A stretch of 64,000 nucleotides of DNA, taken from Antedon mediterranea (taxonomy: Eukaryota > Animalia > Echinodermata). The DNA lies in the NCBI RefSeq assembly GCF_964355755.1, contig NC_092680.1, positions 3,906,001 to 3,970,000 of the forward strand. The letters are read 5' to 3'. The notes under the pieces are model-generated. The model did not search any database. It was not told the origin of the DNA and saw only the letters and a list, made by a program, of their open reading frames with translations. Made by a program: the position numbers and the translations under genes. Numbering within the stretch: the stretch's first letter is position 1; each line of letters begins with the position of its first letter. Below are positions 1 through 12,337 of this stretch, in pieces.

Positions 1-248
1 CTAGAAGTTTAAAAAAAAGGCTAGCAAGCCAGCCTATAGTCAAGGATTTTTTGTTCTTCCACAAAAAGGGGCAAGTGCGAGCGTAAGCTAGTACTTTGGA
101 ACATGTAAAAAGATGTGTATGGAATATAGTTTTAGACCTAGAAATTGTGATTCTTTCAAACTCTAAAAACCCACCAGCTTGGCCAGATGGCAGATTTGTT
201 TATGCTACTGTATATTTTTTTAACTTCTTTTTATGTCACTATTTTCAG

Positions 249-389
249 GCCACTGCTACCATTGATGAGATAATTGAATACCACAAGCAAAGGGAAGCGG
301 GTGAAGTGCAGCCTGGACAGACTGGGCCTAAAACAGTCATAAAACACACAACACAGGGTGGTGGTACCCTCACTGTAAATATCAAATAA
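249..389 (+). CDS. Probable terminal coding exon of an unidentified gene entering from the left (ATATIDEIIEYHKQREAGEVQPGQTGPKTVIKHTTQGGGTLTVNIK*)
   Basis: Pyrimidine-rich acceptor ttttcag at 242-248, followed by an open frame to TAA at 387-389 with coding-like composition. Family not recognised. Confidence 0.5.
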   Translation, partial: ATATIDEIIEYHKQREAGEVQPGQTGPKTVIKHTTQGGGTLTVNIK

Positions 390-586
390 TAATTTGTAAA
401 GCCTATAGTTACCAACAGCCTCGCATCGTGCAGGACGGTCCCGCATTTCAAAGTGATTTTTAATGAAACATGCATTTTGAACAAACACATGCGTGACCAC
501 ATATTTGTCACACGTTTAGCAGAAGTATGCATGATTATTTTTTATCACAATTTGAGAGGAAATGCATTCAAATAAATTAGTATATA

Positions 587-1811
587 CTAGATGGCACGCT
601 CGCTTCGCTCGCGTACCATCTAGGTCGTGCCCACATATGGTTCTCGAATACATAGTAATTTCAGCGTAAAAAAACTGGCGATTTCAAAATGTAGGCCTAC
701 GTACCGCATGACTATAAAACATTTATTTATGTATTTATGTAGTCAACCAAAATTAGCACCGTGCGAATTACTTCCAAAAGAGAAACTTCTCACAAAATGA
801 GTCCAAATGTTTCATTTGGACTCATTTAAACAAACCCAATTTGTATTTTGTATCTAACATTATTGAGGGTTGGGTTTTTTTTTTAATAGGCCTATAAATA
901 ACATAACACTAAATAGAGTAAAACATTTCCGATTTAATAACTGTTAAAATTGTCACTGTCATAGTCGATTGAAATAGTAAAGTACATGTAACGATACACC
1001 ACCACGACGTTTATATTTTTTGTAATTATTAATCAATACAAACGTTGAGAAGCAACTGTCAGTAATAAAGTATTATATTATTATGTGTTTATAATCTAAA
1101 AGTAGGGGCTACCCACACTCACAGTAATAAAGTTTATTAGTATATTTGTTTATATTATAATAAACAGTAGGCCTACCAACGCACACAATAAGAAATTTGC
1201 GATTCAAATGGCTATCAAAAGTGGTTAATACCTATTTACAGTATTGTATAGGTTTACAATACTATTTATGTTTATTCTCAAAGGGCCCATAAATTGACCT
1301 ACTTGTGTTAAATCATGGAGGTATGCAAGCATGGTTAAACCAAATAATTTGGAATGTTCCATTCATCGCAAATCAATACATTTGTATAAACGTATATTAA
1401 ATCTATCAAAATAGTATTTTTTAAAGAAAATCGGCCTGTCTTCAACATTATGATACTCTACTCGAGCTGTTCAACCGGTTTTCAGCTATTAAAAACAATT
1501 ATCGTAGGAGGAGATAGGAAAATGCGAAGTATCCTCGTATTATTGTGTACAGGTATTTTTCATGAGGACATCCATTAGACAGTGTATACCACGATCGGAA
1601 AACACCCCTATTTGGGGCAAATGGTTGAACCTAAATTCGTTTTAATTGTCAATAACTAATTATCTAACTAAATTTAATTAGTAAACAGGGTTACATCAGG
1701 TGGTTAAAATCAGTACCGAGATTATGACCAACTTTACATACCATCGAGTACACATTCTAGAAATAACGCGCGATTTACAGAATTTTGCCCTTACGTAAAT
1801 TTATATATAGA
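587..1811 (-). mobile_element. Probable non-autonomous Helitron
   Basis: On the - strand it starts A|TCTATATATAAA (1811) and ends in the hairpin CTAGATGGTACGC-GAGCGAAGCGA-GCGTGCCATCTAG|T (587). This fits 5'-TC, 3'-CTAG, a subterminal hairpin and insertion between A and T with no TSD. That the two ends belong to one element is inferred. Confidence 0.55.
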
Positions 1812-4800
1812 TTAAAATGTATAGAACATTATGCGAATATTTATTATTATAACACAACACATATCACAAAAATAAGTAATATCAGGGAAAAAATGTATTT
1901 TTCCGCGGTCGCTAGCCGTCACAAAAGGGGAGGGGTGGGGGAGAGCTGTGGCTAAAATACTTAGTGTCCGAATCAACCGACCTACTCCCCTCCCCCCCCC
2001 CCAATAATCTGTCCTGCATTTCAAATCTCTCTGGTTGGTAACTATGTAAGTCTTGGTTATTAAGAATGTCCAATTATCAGTTTTTATGAATAATCTTCAA
2101 AGTCTTCGCATAAAGAAGCAAGCAGTAATATTGGAAAATGATATTATAATTGCATTGAGCATATAGCTTTAATTTAATAATGACGACATCACACTGTACG
2201 TGGTAAAAAATCTAATATCTATTTATATCAATACCTATTTAGGTTATAACATTATGTAAACAAATTTTTAATAAACATTGTATACATTTATGTTTTATTT
2301 ACCACAAAGTTTATAAATATGTATATTTCAGATAAGAATGTGTATAAAATGAGCATTTATGATATGATTTATATATTTATATAATATCTAGTCAAGGAAT
2401 CAAGTTTTTGATCTATTGTAGTGTGTTTTTAGATTGTTTGGAAATAAAGAAGTTTTTTTTGCCATTGAAAAATATCTAAAATTTAAAATTCCTGGATTAG
2501 CATCTTACGATTGCTTTATAATTTAAATGAAAGAATGGATTTTGTACAATATTTTGAGGGATATTAAAAATAATATAACAAGAAATATTTCTTACAAAAA
2601 ACGCGGCTCATCTCGCAATAACTACTGCCTGCATGCATCTCAATATTTATGATGTTTTCATAGACTCTCTTCCCAGACGTGCTTTGGGGTGTGCGCATGC
2701 TCAGTCCGAGTTTCCATATACCCATTTTTTCAGCCATAGTAAACTATAAGCTATCGCATGGTAACTGTTTCATAATGTTTCTGTTCTGTTGAATATTACT
2801 GCCTGAAGGAGCGGCGCGAAAATATTACCAATTTAAAACGGTTTAAAGACCCAATTGCTTCGTTCTCCAATGCAAACCTGGTCTCAATTTGATCTCGCCG
2901 CACATTTTGTCTATCTCTGTGGATAATGAGGATGTCTTTGCACAACAAACCACCAACAAATGGATTTTAAAACCAAGTAAAAATTAGGCTGAGATTTGTT
3001 AATAAAGACTGCGAAAACTGCGAGTTTTTTTTGCTTTGAGATAGAACCTCACAAGAATATATTACCATAAGTCATATCATAAACTAATCAAATACTACAA
3101 AGAAACTATTTTTTCCATGTTTGTTGTTTTATTGTCATAAGAGGTCACAACCTTTGATTACAGGTCACCAACAAAGGTCGCATCTAATTTGCATATTGTT
3201 AATAGCTTAGTGACAAATTTCATGTATTTTATATAAGTGGAAGCCAATTATGTATTTATGTTCAAACAATGTAATGAACATGTTATTGAAATATTAATTT
3301 GTTTTAAATGTGTAAAGTACACGTTGATAAATTCAAGTACAACTTTTGTGAAATAAAAAACACACAAGCTACAGAAAACGGCATTAACTTATCTTGTTAC
3401 CGAGTACACAAGGAATGATTAAAGATGAAATAAAATGTACAATTTCAAATAATATGGAAAGGCTCACAGTTAATACTCAAACGTATGTGCAAAGATCTAA
3501 ATGTGATTTTTATTTTATTTGGCATAAAAATAAAAGAAAAAATAAGCATTCTACATTTTCTTAATTCCATTTTCCGCATGCAAAGCTATATACACAGAAT
3601 TATACAATACCTGTGATAACTACAATTATATTAATTTTACAAAATTACTTTTATCTACAGTACATAATTTTTCCATAAGATTCCACATTGATTGATTTTG
3701 AATCAAGTAAATTATTATCATTTTTAAATAGGAATTTCGCCGCAAAAATAATGTAAAGATGTTATTTTTACCCTTAGAAGCGTTACGTTTTATGCAAAGT
3801 GGATTTTTAGAAATTTCATTAGGTGAATCTTCTTTTCATTGGATAACAATAGCATGTCAAACCATACAATGTTTCCAATATCTATTCTTAGGATTTAATT
3901 GTTATTATGTTGGACCAATATTAATATCAGTATTGATTTTGTAAAGTATTAATATTTTGGAATGGATGTACCACTTTTTGTGAAGGTATAAGTTCCAAAT
4001 TAATCGATATGTCAACCCCACCTGATGATGCACTGTATGTAAGGTTACATTTTGTTCACACTTGGATGCAACTCAACGATGTAGAAGTAACTCAAGTAAT
4101 TCGACCAATTACAACGAATCGTATGAACTGTTGCTTATGATTGGTTAACTCACTTGAATTGTAGGAACAAGCTTTAGGTAAAACACAATTGAAATACTGT
4201 TTGGTCCTTTTTGGGCATCAGAACACATTTTAATATATCTACAAAATGTATGTATGAACTTCAAGGAATCGAAATTCTAGTAGAAATGTGTAAAACGCCT
4301 TTTGTTAAATATAAAATTTTATAAAAAAACTATTTTCATCACTACTATTTCTGCTCTAAACATTCACATTAGAAAAATAATCTAAAATGAGAAAATCAAA
4401 ATGTAGCACAGCGCGCCCAAATACGCATACTCCCATCACCACGACCAAAAATAAGAAAAAAAGCAATATATAAATAAAAACTTGGATGTACAATAAATAA
4501 AAAATATAAATATATAAATACATATGATTTACTATTTAAAAGAGAATTAAATACATTTATTTAATGGGTGCACTGACTATTGAGGTACTGTAGTTAGTTT
4601 GTGTTCAATACTTTTCCATATCATCTAGATGATGTACAGTAAACCTTTATAAATAAGGTTGTTCCGAACAATTCCAATTTTGTTGACAAGACAACTGCCA
4701 TAATAAACAAAGATAAATTGGTTAGATTATACCATTTTAACGCTGGGTTAGTAATTAAGTCATCATGGTCGTTAATGAACTAAAAAGCAAGGTTAGATTA

Positions 4801-4936
4801 AAAATGCATAAAACTACACTCGTGGACAGTGTGGTAACCCGATTTATTTTTATAAGCTTCCTTCAGTCATATTTTTGGAAGTGGCGAGAAGACTCCATGC
4901 ATATTGGGTTGGAATTGATATTTTTCTGTATTATCT

Positions 4937-6358
4937 TTACAAGTCATCTTTATCCTTGGTTCCGTGTTTGAGAATACGTACGAACTCACGGTAGTTGAAC
5001 TTGCCGTCTTTGATCGGTGCTTCCCTGTACATTTCATCAACTTCATCGTCGTTGAAGCGATCACCCATTGTCATGAGCAATTCACGGAGGTTGTCCTCCA
5101 TTATGACACCTGGAGTAAAAAATAAAAAATCATCGATTTCAAACATTTTATAGTTTAGTTTTGCACAAATAATATTGTAAATTTTAACATTGTAATGGTA
5201 AAAATTCCAACAATTAAGTGTTTCTGCTCTTTTTTCTGTTTTCCGATGAGCTCTCATATGGGAGCCTCAAAGTGCTGGAGAACTGCACAGTGTAAATGGT
5301 TCCTCTGCTTATTTCTCATTTTTTGGTTATCTTAGGATATTTTATGGTTCATTTTTGTGTGTAAAGCACTTAGAAACACTGTATTAAGCTCTATAAAAGA
5401 CTACCATTATTATTAATATGATCACATACTGTTCAACATATTAACATTAAATTTGTAAATTAAAGATATGTGTATCTCAAGGAACTAGAAATCGTGGAAA
5501 GGGATTTGGAAAATAATAATATGAGTGCATGCTTATAATTATATACAAAAGCTTTTGACTTGCACAAATGGATTCACTTTTAGTGGAATACAGACTTTAG
5601 GATATTTACAGTAGGAGTTAAATAAATATTTTATAATACTAACCAGTTGCTTCATCATCAAAGCAGCCGAATGCATTTAGAATGACGTCTTCAGGGTCTG
5701 TACCGTTCAGCTTCTCACCAAACAGTGTCAAGAACATGGTGAAGTTAATTGGACCGGGTGCATCTTTCATCATATCATCAAGGTATGCACTAGATGGATC
5801 CTTGCCTAAAATTTCGAAAGAAAATGCAAAATTTATTATAAATCAGGTGTATAGTAAAATTTGGAGCACAGGTATAGAATTACAGTATATTTTATGTCCA
5901 ATCCCTACAGTACTATTGTATTTATTTATTCAAATTTAATTTCTTTTGTCAAAAGCTCTGTCTACACTATCAAACTAGTTATGACACAAAAAGTGTGATG
6001 TGCCTACATATGGTAATGATATGACATCATCATGTCCATACAGTATATGGGCACATGACATTTTTGTATCACATAAAGTGTAGACAGACATTTAGGAATG
6101 TCTTCTGGACATATTCATCATTATTTCTCAATAGAGAAGTGGACAATAATATTGTAATGAATTATTAAACATACCGAGTGATGCCAACATATCATGAAGA
6201 TCTTCTCGATCAATAAATCCGTCCCGATTTTGATCAATCATGTTGAAGGCTTCTTTGAATTCTTGAATTTGCGCTTGATCAAACATCGCGAAGACATTGG
6301 AAGTCGCACGTTGGGCACGCTTCTTAGTAGTCTTTCCTTTCGTCTTTCGGCTCGACAT
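4937..6358 (-). CDS. MYL9/MYL12-like: Myosin regulatory light chain, non-muscle/smooth-muscle type (MYL9/MYL12/sqh-like), 172 aa
   Basis: Exons 6358-6175, 5805-5644 and 5109-4937 have GT-AG junctions, phases 1/1, and total 519 nt. Motifs: [15 protein letters not shown] (MLCK site), EF-hand [28 protein letters not shown] and C-terminal [12 protein letters not shown]. Confidence 0.97.
5952..6093. mobile_element. MITE with TIR CTGTCTACAC...GTGTAGACAG; partial inverted second copy at ~18660-18795
   Basis: Terminal inverted repeats, an internal quasi-palindrome, and a related copy in an intron of the first GPCR gene. Confidence 0.6.
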
Positions 6359-7205
6359 GATTACTGTTTTGTTGTTGTTGTTACACTGTAGTTAATATAC
6401 CCTACAAAAAAGAAAAAAAAGAAAATAAAAGATCGATATAAATAATTAAATTTGAACTTGAAGAAATAACTAAAAAAATTGTGGGTGGATTGGGATATAG
6501 GCTTAGTCTGCTAATTAGAATCAGTTAAAAAAAGGAAAAGAAGAAATACATACACACTGTCACACTGTGTATAAAAATTTGTTATGAAAGTAGGCTACTG
6601 TATCACATTAAATTCCGAGAGTCAACTCCTCCGCCCCACAAGGGTAACTATTTCTTATGGCTAACTGCTAAAAAAAAGGTAAAAAAAGGTTAAAAAAGGG
6701 GAGTTAATGTCCATAAAAGCCATGAATTCCCATGGCCTTCCCTCCCTGATCCCAGACTTGTGACTCTATGCTCTGGTCCACAAGATTTTAATTACTATTA
6801 TTAAACAAAACTAGAAAACTGAACTCATCATAACATGACCATATGTACTTATAATTTATTATAATAATAATGAAGGTAAAAATTAAATTAAGGAAAAAGA
6901 AACATAGTACTGTATGTACAGGTACAGTAATTACCTGCATTTTCTCAGAAAAAACTACTTACTACTTTACAGTATTGTATATATTTTCCTTAATTAACAA
7001 TATCAATACCACAAGAGGTTTTAATGTGAATTGGTATGTGTAAGTTAAGTACAACAAGTGTGTCCTTTATATATGGATTCAATTCAATTTCTTTTTTAAC
7101 CTCATTGATGGCAGTTTGTTTTCTTTCAAGATTCAATACCTTTTATGTAGCAAGTGCAAAAGACCTTGAAAATAAATTTGATGAGATACCTTAACAAAAC
7201 AAACT

Positions 7206-7215
7206 CCTTATATGG
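7206..7215. promoter_or_regulatory. Perfect CArG box (SRF site) CCTTATATGG upstream of the myosin light chain coding exons
   Basis: Exact CC(A/T)6GG match. SRF is an established regulator of contractile and cytoskeletal genes. Confidence 0.5.
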
Positions 7216-8374
7216 AAGTAGGCATGATTTTTATGACATAGCTTGAATGATATATTTAAACAGTATACAAATGGGGTACTGTATGATTCAAGAAATACTA
7301 CTGTATTTAAATCCCACAACAAATTTGTATTACTTTCAATAAAATTTATAGTGGAAAACTTTTAGTGGATTTGTGCGCTATATAAATTATAATTACATTA
7401 TTTGGTTCAAACCACTATGCGTGACACGAGAATGAAAAAAAACTCAAACAATTGATTGATTTTTAATTAATCTAGTATATCATAATTTAATGTATTATAA
7501 TCCACTGCAAACATTGTTTTTTGACTAATTAATAATTAATTATTATTTATTAAAACATATTAAACTATAGCATTAATTTATTTTTTAGAATTTGATTGAG
7601 TTGTTGGTTTTTTTTTATTGGATCGGGAAATCAACGTTTCATAATTGAATTGTGTGGGTTGATAAAATAATATAATAAATTTACTCTCTACTAATTATGA
7701 AAGAATGTGTGGAATGTGTGTTTTTTTTTAGTCTCAAATCATATTTAAGGATAATTATACATATAAATTATAAACAATACTATAATACTACAAGCCATTT
7801 GTTTTTTTTAGATTAAAAAAAATATAGAATTGTGGTTGTCTTGTCCTATTCCGTATTCCCATTCTTGTGGTTTACGTAGGAAGGCATGATGTCAGCCAGT
7901 GGTGGTGTAGTCTAGTAGGCTAGGCGGCCTAGCCTAATTTTATTTTTTAGAGTAACATTAAATTAAGAAAGTACACTGACTGTAGACTTACAACAAACTA
8001 CCAAATACAAGATATGTTTAATATGAGAAATTTAAATTTAAACATAGATGACACATTTACAATATTAGGACGACATTATAACACCTGTTGTGTTGACCCA
8101 CCCACAGCCTAGCAAGACACCAAGGTCGAAATTGTAGGCCTACCGTAGCCTAGCAAAGCAGCATTGCTTGGCTGTCGAAACACGGCGCGATCTCTTTTTT
8201 ACTCTCCTCTTCTTTCAAGGTTCTCACTTGTAAACTAACTATTCTACACGCAATATACATGAGAAATGCAATCTTGATCGACACTAATAAATGATTAATG
8301 GATAGATAATATAAATACAATACATTTCTACATGAAATATTGAATTTTAATGAAATACAAACATTGATACTCAC

Positions 8375-8465
8375 CTAGGCTAGGCTACTTCCGTATCGCG
8401 GCTGTGATCTTCGATAATGAATTATTGTTTGTTTGACCAACCCAGTCATCAATACGCATGCGCCA
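8375..8465 (-). promoter_or_regulatory. Putative non-coding first exon and promoter of the myosin light chain gene
   Basis: - strand donor CTAG|GTGAGT at 8375/8374, an acceptor ttttgtag at 6402-6409 just upstream of the ATG, and an NRF1-like CGCATGCGC at 8455-8463. Confidence 0.45.
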
Positions 8466-9613
8466 TGATACCAGAACGCTGTTTACAGTAAACTAGCTCT
8501 AAAAAGTAAAGATAAGCACAGGTATTTTGTCGCCCACTTTGAAATATTTTATCATTCGAATCTTTCTAAAGAAAGAATAAATAAAGCAGAAATGGCATGG
8601 CTTAAAAGTAAATTTCGATCTCTACCATTGAAACATAAAATGAAAAAAAGGCATTAAAAAGATACAGTATTTAAAACATTCTCACACTAAGTGTCAACTT
8701 TTAATTGAGGCCTTTCATTAATTTTGTTTCTTACATGCAACAAGTAAATAGCTCGCCAATTACAAGGTGTACAAACTATCGTGATTTTTGTCTTGAGGCT
8801 TACGGCCCAGGGATAGAGGGTTGAGCCGGTTGAATGTTTGTTGGCCTAAATCTACAAACAGGCCGATCTCCAATTTATTTAAACCAATGCTAAGTGTGTC
8901 ATCTTTACTCCCTTTCAAGTATTTCCTAAAACCATCTCTCTCAAATTAGTTTTCATCAAATTTTAATTTGAAACACATTTTCAACTTTATAGTATCATTT
9001 TAATCAATTAAAAATAAATTATCCCAAACTTAGGGGAAATTTATTGGTACACAAAAAAGCAAGCACAAGCATAGCAATCATAATAAAATTGTTATTATAT
9101 AATACTTATATTATTCGTTACTTATAATTGAATTATTTTATAAGCTTCGGCTGGATGGACCACCTTCATAAAAATATAGTTGAAATAAATATATAAATAA
9201 ATATTATAACTGAAACTTCCATTAATAATAGGGATCATGATGACATGTTGTCCGTTGAGATACAATTCTAGTCTGTGTTGACGTCATATTGTTTCGAATT
9301 TCTACTGGGAGTACTATTTGGCCACCATTATTGTAATAATAGTAGTTATAATTTAATAAATTCTAAACCTGATATGACAGTTAACACAACGACAATATAG
9401 TCAAAATGATAATGATAGTTATAAGAGAGATTTAGTAACAATCAGAATAGACACCCTTTTCTGATTCAAACCAAGCACACCAGCACCGACCGCTCCTCCG
9501 GCGGCTGCAGCAAACCTTTGTAAAACAAAACAATTATTAATTAATTAATTATTAATAGCAATTCATCAAGACTGTCTCGTTTTTCTTGTGCAAGAAAATC
9601 TTCAACGTCTATA

Positions 9614-12301
9614 ATGGAAATGATATTTTATTTTTCAATATTGGTTCTATTGACAGCATTTTTTCAAGTAACCGACAGTAAGAGTTTCTTTTTAAATTTA
9701 AATTAATCTATTTAGTTAATAATTTTTAAAGAAGAACGTTTGAATATTAATTTTGTCCTAGTGTTTTTGTGTCATTGTATGCTAAAATAATTAATTTTAA
9801 CGAAAAAAAGTTATATTTGTTAATATCACGAACTTGTATAAAATAATCAATGTTGATTGAACGAGTTGCACTGTGCATTTATATACTCCAAAACGTTCAG
9901 AATTTAGGATGAAATAAATATTTATATATAGGACGACGATTAGATACCTGACTATAACGCTAAAGCTTGGTTCCCACTAGAACGTAACGCAAGGACGTTA
10001 ACGCAACGCAAGCGTTTTAACCATGACAAGCGAAGTTATAGACAGTTAGCAATCACAAGCGAATAAGCCATTGCTTGTGATTGGTCAATTCACTTGCGTT
10101 GCGTTACGTCCTTGCGTTGCGTCGCTAGTGGGACAGGACGTCGACAGGAAACCAGCCTTTAGTTTACACTAGGATGCGTAAACCTAGGTAGGGGTCCGGG
10201 ACCGCGACAGAACGAGAACGGATGGGGACCCTCTTTTATCTGTCTTGAGTGGTATGTGCACTATATAAATATTGTTATTAATATTTGTTATTATTAACGT
10301 AAAAGTAATTTGAACAATCACAAGCGATGGATTATTCGACCTTATTTGACCAACTCTCTTGCGTTGCGCTTACGTCGTTGCGTTTGGTCCAAGGTAGAAC
10401 CAAGCTTTTAGGCGGTAAAACACAATTGGAAGACTTTGGTTGGTGAACTTCAGATCTCCTGCAGTACTTTACCCAACTGAATTTTATAAAATCCACCATC
10501 TTTAGCATTTGTATCTTACAGGTCGAACATTAAAATTTTACAACACAACATCCTCATATGGTTATCTCGAATTAACGCATAATGGAACGTGGAGGTATGT
10601 CTACGATCAAGATTGGGATTCTATAGACGCACAAGTTGCCTGTAAAGAATTGGGCTATGCTGGTGTAATAGAGGAAAACAAACCTATGAGAAGTTCTTCT
10701 ACAGACAGTGGAAAAATTGTCAACAATTTCAGGTGCAGTGGAAAAGAAAAATATTTAAGGCAATGTCCATATGACTTTGTAGTGGCATCGGCTATGACGT
10801 GGCATCGTGTTTACCCAATATGTGTTCCGATCCTTACAGGTATGATAGCATAGCTTATTTCAAAATGTTAATTTAAACATAAGTTATAATAATAAATAAA
10901 AAGTAGTTTTAATAGCAACCTAATGTGTTTGTCTTACTCTAAGTCTGGAGACATGTACTGAATACTCAGTACATCTTCGAATACATAAAGACACAGCATT
11001 ACTTTTATTGGAAACTGTTGTTGATATACTAAGCATTAAGTTAACTCTGCCTAATTGATGTAATGATTATACTCAGTACATCTTAAAATACAAAAACACC
11101 GACGTACTTAGGATTTTATTTATTACAAAATGTTCTTGATATAGTAAGCATTAGGCCTAATTTAACTCTGCCTAATCAAAATTAATTTTATCATTAATTG
11201 TGCTCCGGAAAAAGACAATACAAACATATAGAGAATTTACTTCACAGCTGAAAAATACTTGCGATTCCATCCATCTGGATCAGAAATAACAAATAGATAT
11301 TGGGGAACGGTTGAGATTTTATATGACAACAGCTGGAAACCTATTCGGAACACGGGTTGGAATATAACAGAAGATATTGTAATCTGCCGACAACTTGGCT
11401 TCATAGGTGCTATAACCGGTAATCATACAAATAATACGCCTGGAAACCGCCACATAGAACCAGTCTTTGATTCCCTGAGATGTAACAGTACTGAAGACAC
11501 CGTACTGGAATGTCAACATGGAGAATGGTTAAAGAATAGTTCTAACGGAAATGCTGCTAATGTTACTTGTATTCCACTTTATAAATGTAAGATAAACATG
11601 AATTTATTCTTTCTATTCGTTAATCTTAGGATTTGTTTTTAGGGTAGATTTTATGCCAGCATCATGAACATATAGCACGTCCATATTGAAAGATGGTACT
11701 GTTTTACCTTCATAAATTTTATATATTTATTAGGCTAGATGAAAATGGTTTTAATCACGTCAGAATAATAATATTAGTTAATAAATGGACGAAAGTATGT
11801 AGTAAGTATTTTAAAGTGGTGGAAGTTTATTTGATTTCTATCTCTTTCTCCTTCAATGTAATGGGTCATCCACTATTAGATCTAAGTTTTTCTCAAGTTT
11901 GAATTATTGTTAATCAACAGCTGAAGAAAATGTACAGTTTCGATTGCTACCACAAGATTCTAGAATGACGTACGCGGGCCGTCTTGAAGTGAAGTACAGT
12001 GTTGGAGACATTTGGGGCAGCGTGTGTAACACAGAGGTGGACATACAGACGGCAGATATAATCTGTAGTCAGCTAGGCTTCTTTCAGGGACCAGTAGACA
12101 TAACGAATTATGCAGAATACGGACAGGGAACCGGGTACCATGTCTTTCAACAATTGAAATGTACAGGCAATGAGAAGAATCTGAAAGATTGTCAATTCTA
12201 TGAAGTCATAGATAGGTGGTGTCTTCATGACAATGACGTAGCCGTGACGTGTATTCCAATGACTGAAGGTCCAACAATAATTATTATAGATTCATTTTTC
12301 T

Positions 12302-12337
<36 letters not shown>

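Noticed and set aside
4022-4060. Other CTGATGA hits as hammerheads (also 59701)
   Set aside because: No helix II followed by GAAA, and no helix I pairing.
5682-6391. + strand ORFs overlapping the myosin light chain gene, and similar antisense ORFs over SRCR and ENPP exons
   Set aside because: Antisense shadows of real coding exons.
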